IMG/VR virus record: IMGVR_UViG_2778261381_000004
Location: 1 to 25,763 of that record
Source: a virus
Lineage: Duplodnaviria > Heunggongvirae > Uroviricota > Caudoviricetes
DNA: 25,763 bases
Strand: one strand, 5' to 3'
The stretch's first letter is position 1, and each line of letters starts with the position of its first letter. The translations under genes and the position numbers were made by a program. Below, piece by piece: positions 25,758 through 25,763 of the stretch. The notes beneath the pieces were generated by a model, which saw only the letters and a program-made list of their open reading frames with translations, was not told the DNA's origin and searched no databases.

Positions 25758-25763
25758 CTCAGA

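Noticed and set aside
1-25763. Integrase, attachment site, tRNA or rRNA genes
   Set aside because: No ORF shows tyrosine or serine recombinase motifs and no tRNA-like or rRNA-like sequence was recognised by eye. Absence within this window does not rule them out elsewhere in the replicon.

Overview
This window reads as part of a lambda-like siphovirus genome, probably a phage-plasmid or prophage, with almost every gene on the minus strand. From high to low coordinates it carries a tail module in lambda gene order (partial U-like ORF, major tail protein V, G/T chaperone pair, tape measure, M, L, K, I, a J-like host-specificity protein, and a long side tail fibre). Next comes a candidate lysis cassette, then the only plus-strand unit, a DUF1778 antitoxin / GNAT toxin pair, divergent from a type Ib partition operon (ParA plus a small ParG-like protein). 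Immediately downstream of the partition genes sits a strikingly AT-rich gene for a KAP-family P-loop NTPase, bracketed by inverted repeats; this is the best candidate for an undescribed accessory or defence function. The window ends with a hypothetical gene and a DnaB-like helicase. A related ~20 bp motif with a TAAGTA core recurs in five intergenic gaps and may be a phage-specific promoter or regulator site. No integrase, tRNA, rRNA or CRISPR array was recognised. All calls rest on reading the ORF translations and DNA by eye against remembered family motifs; no database search was run, and coordinates of DNA motifs are hand-counted.
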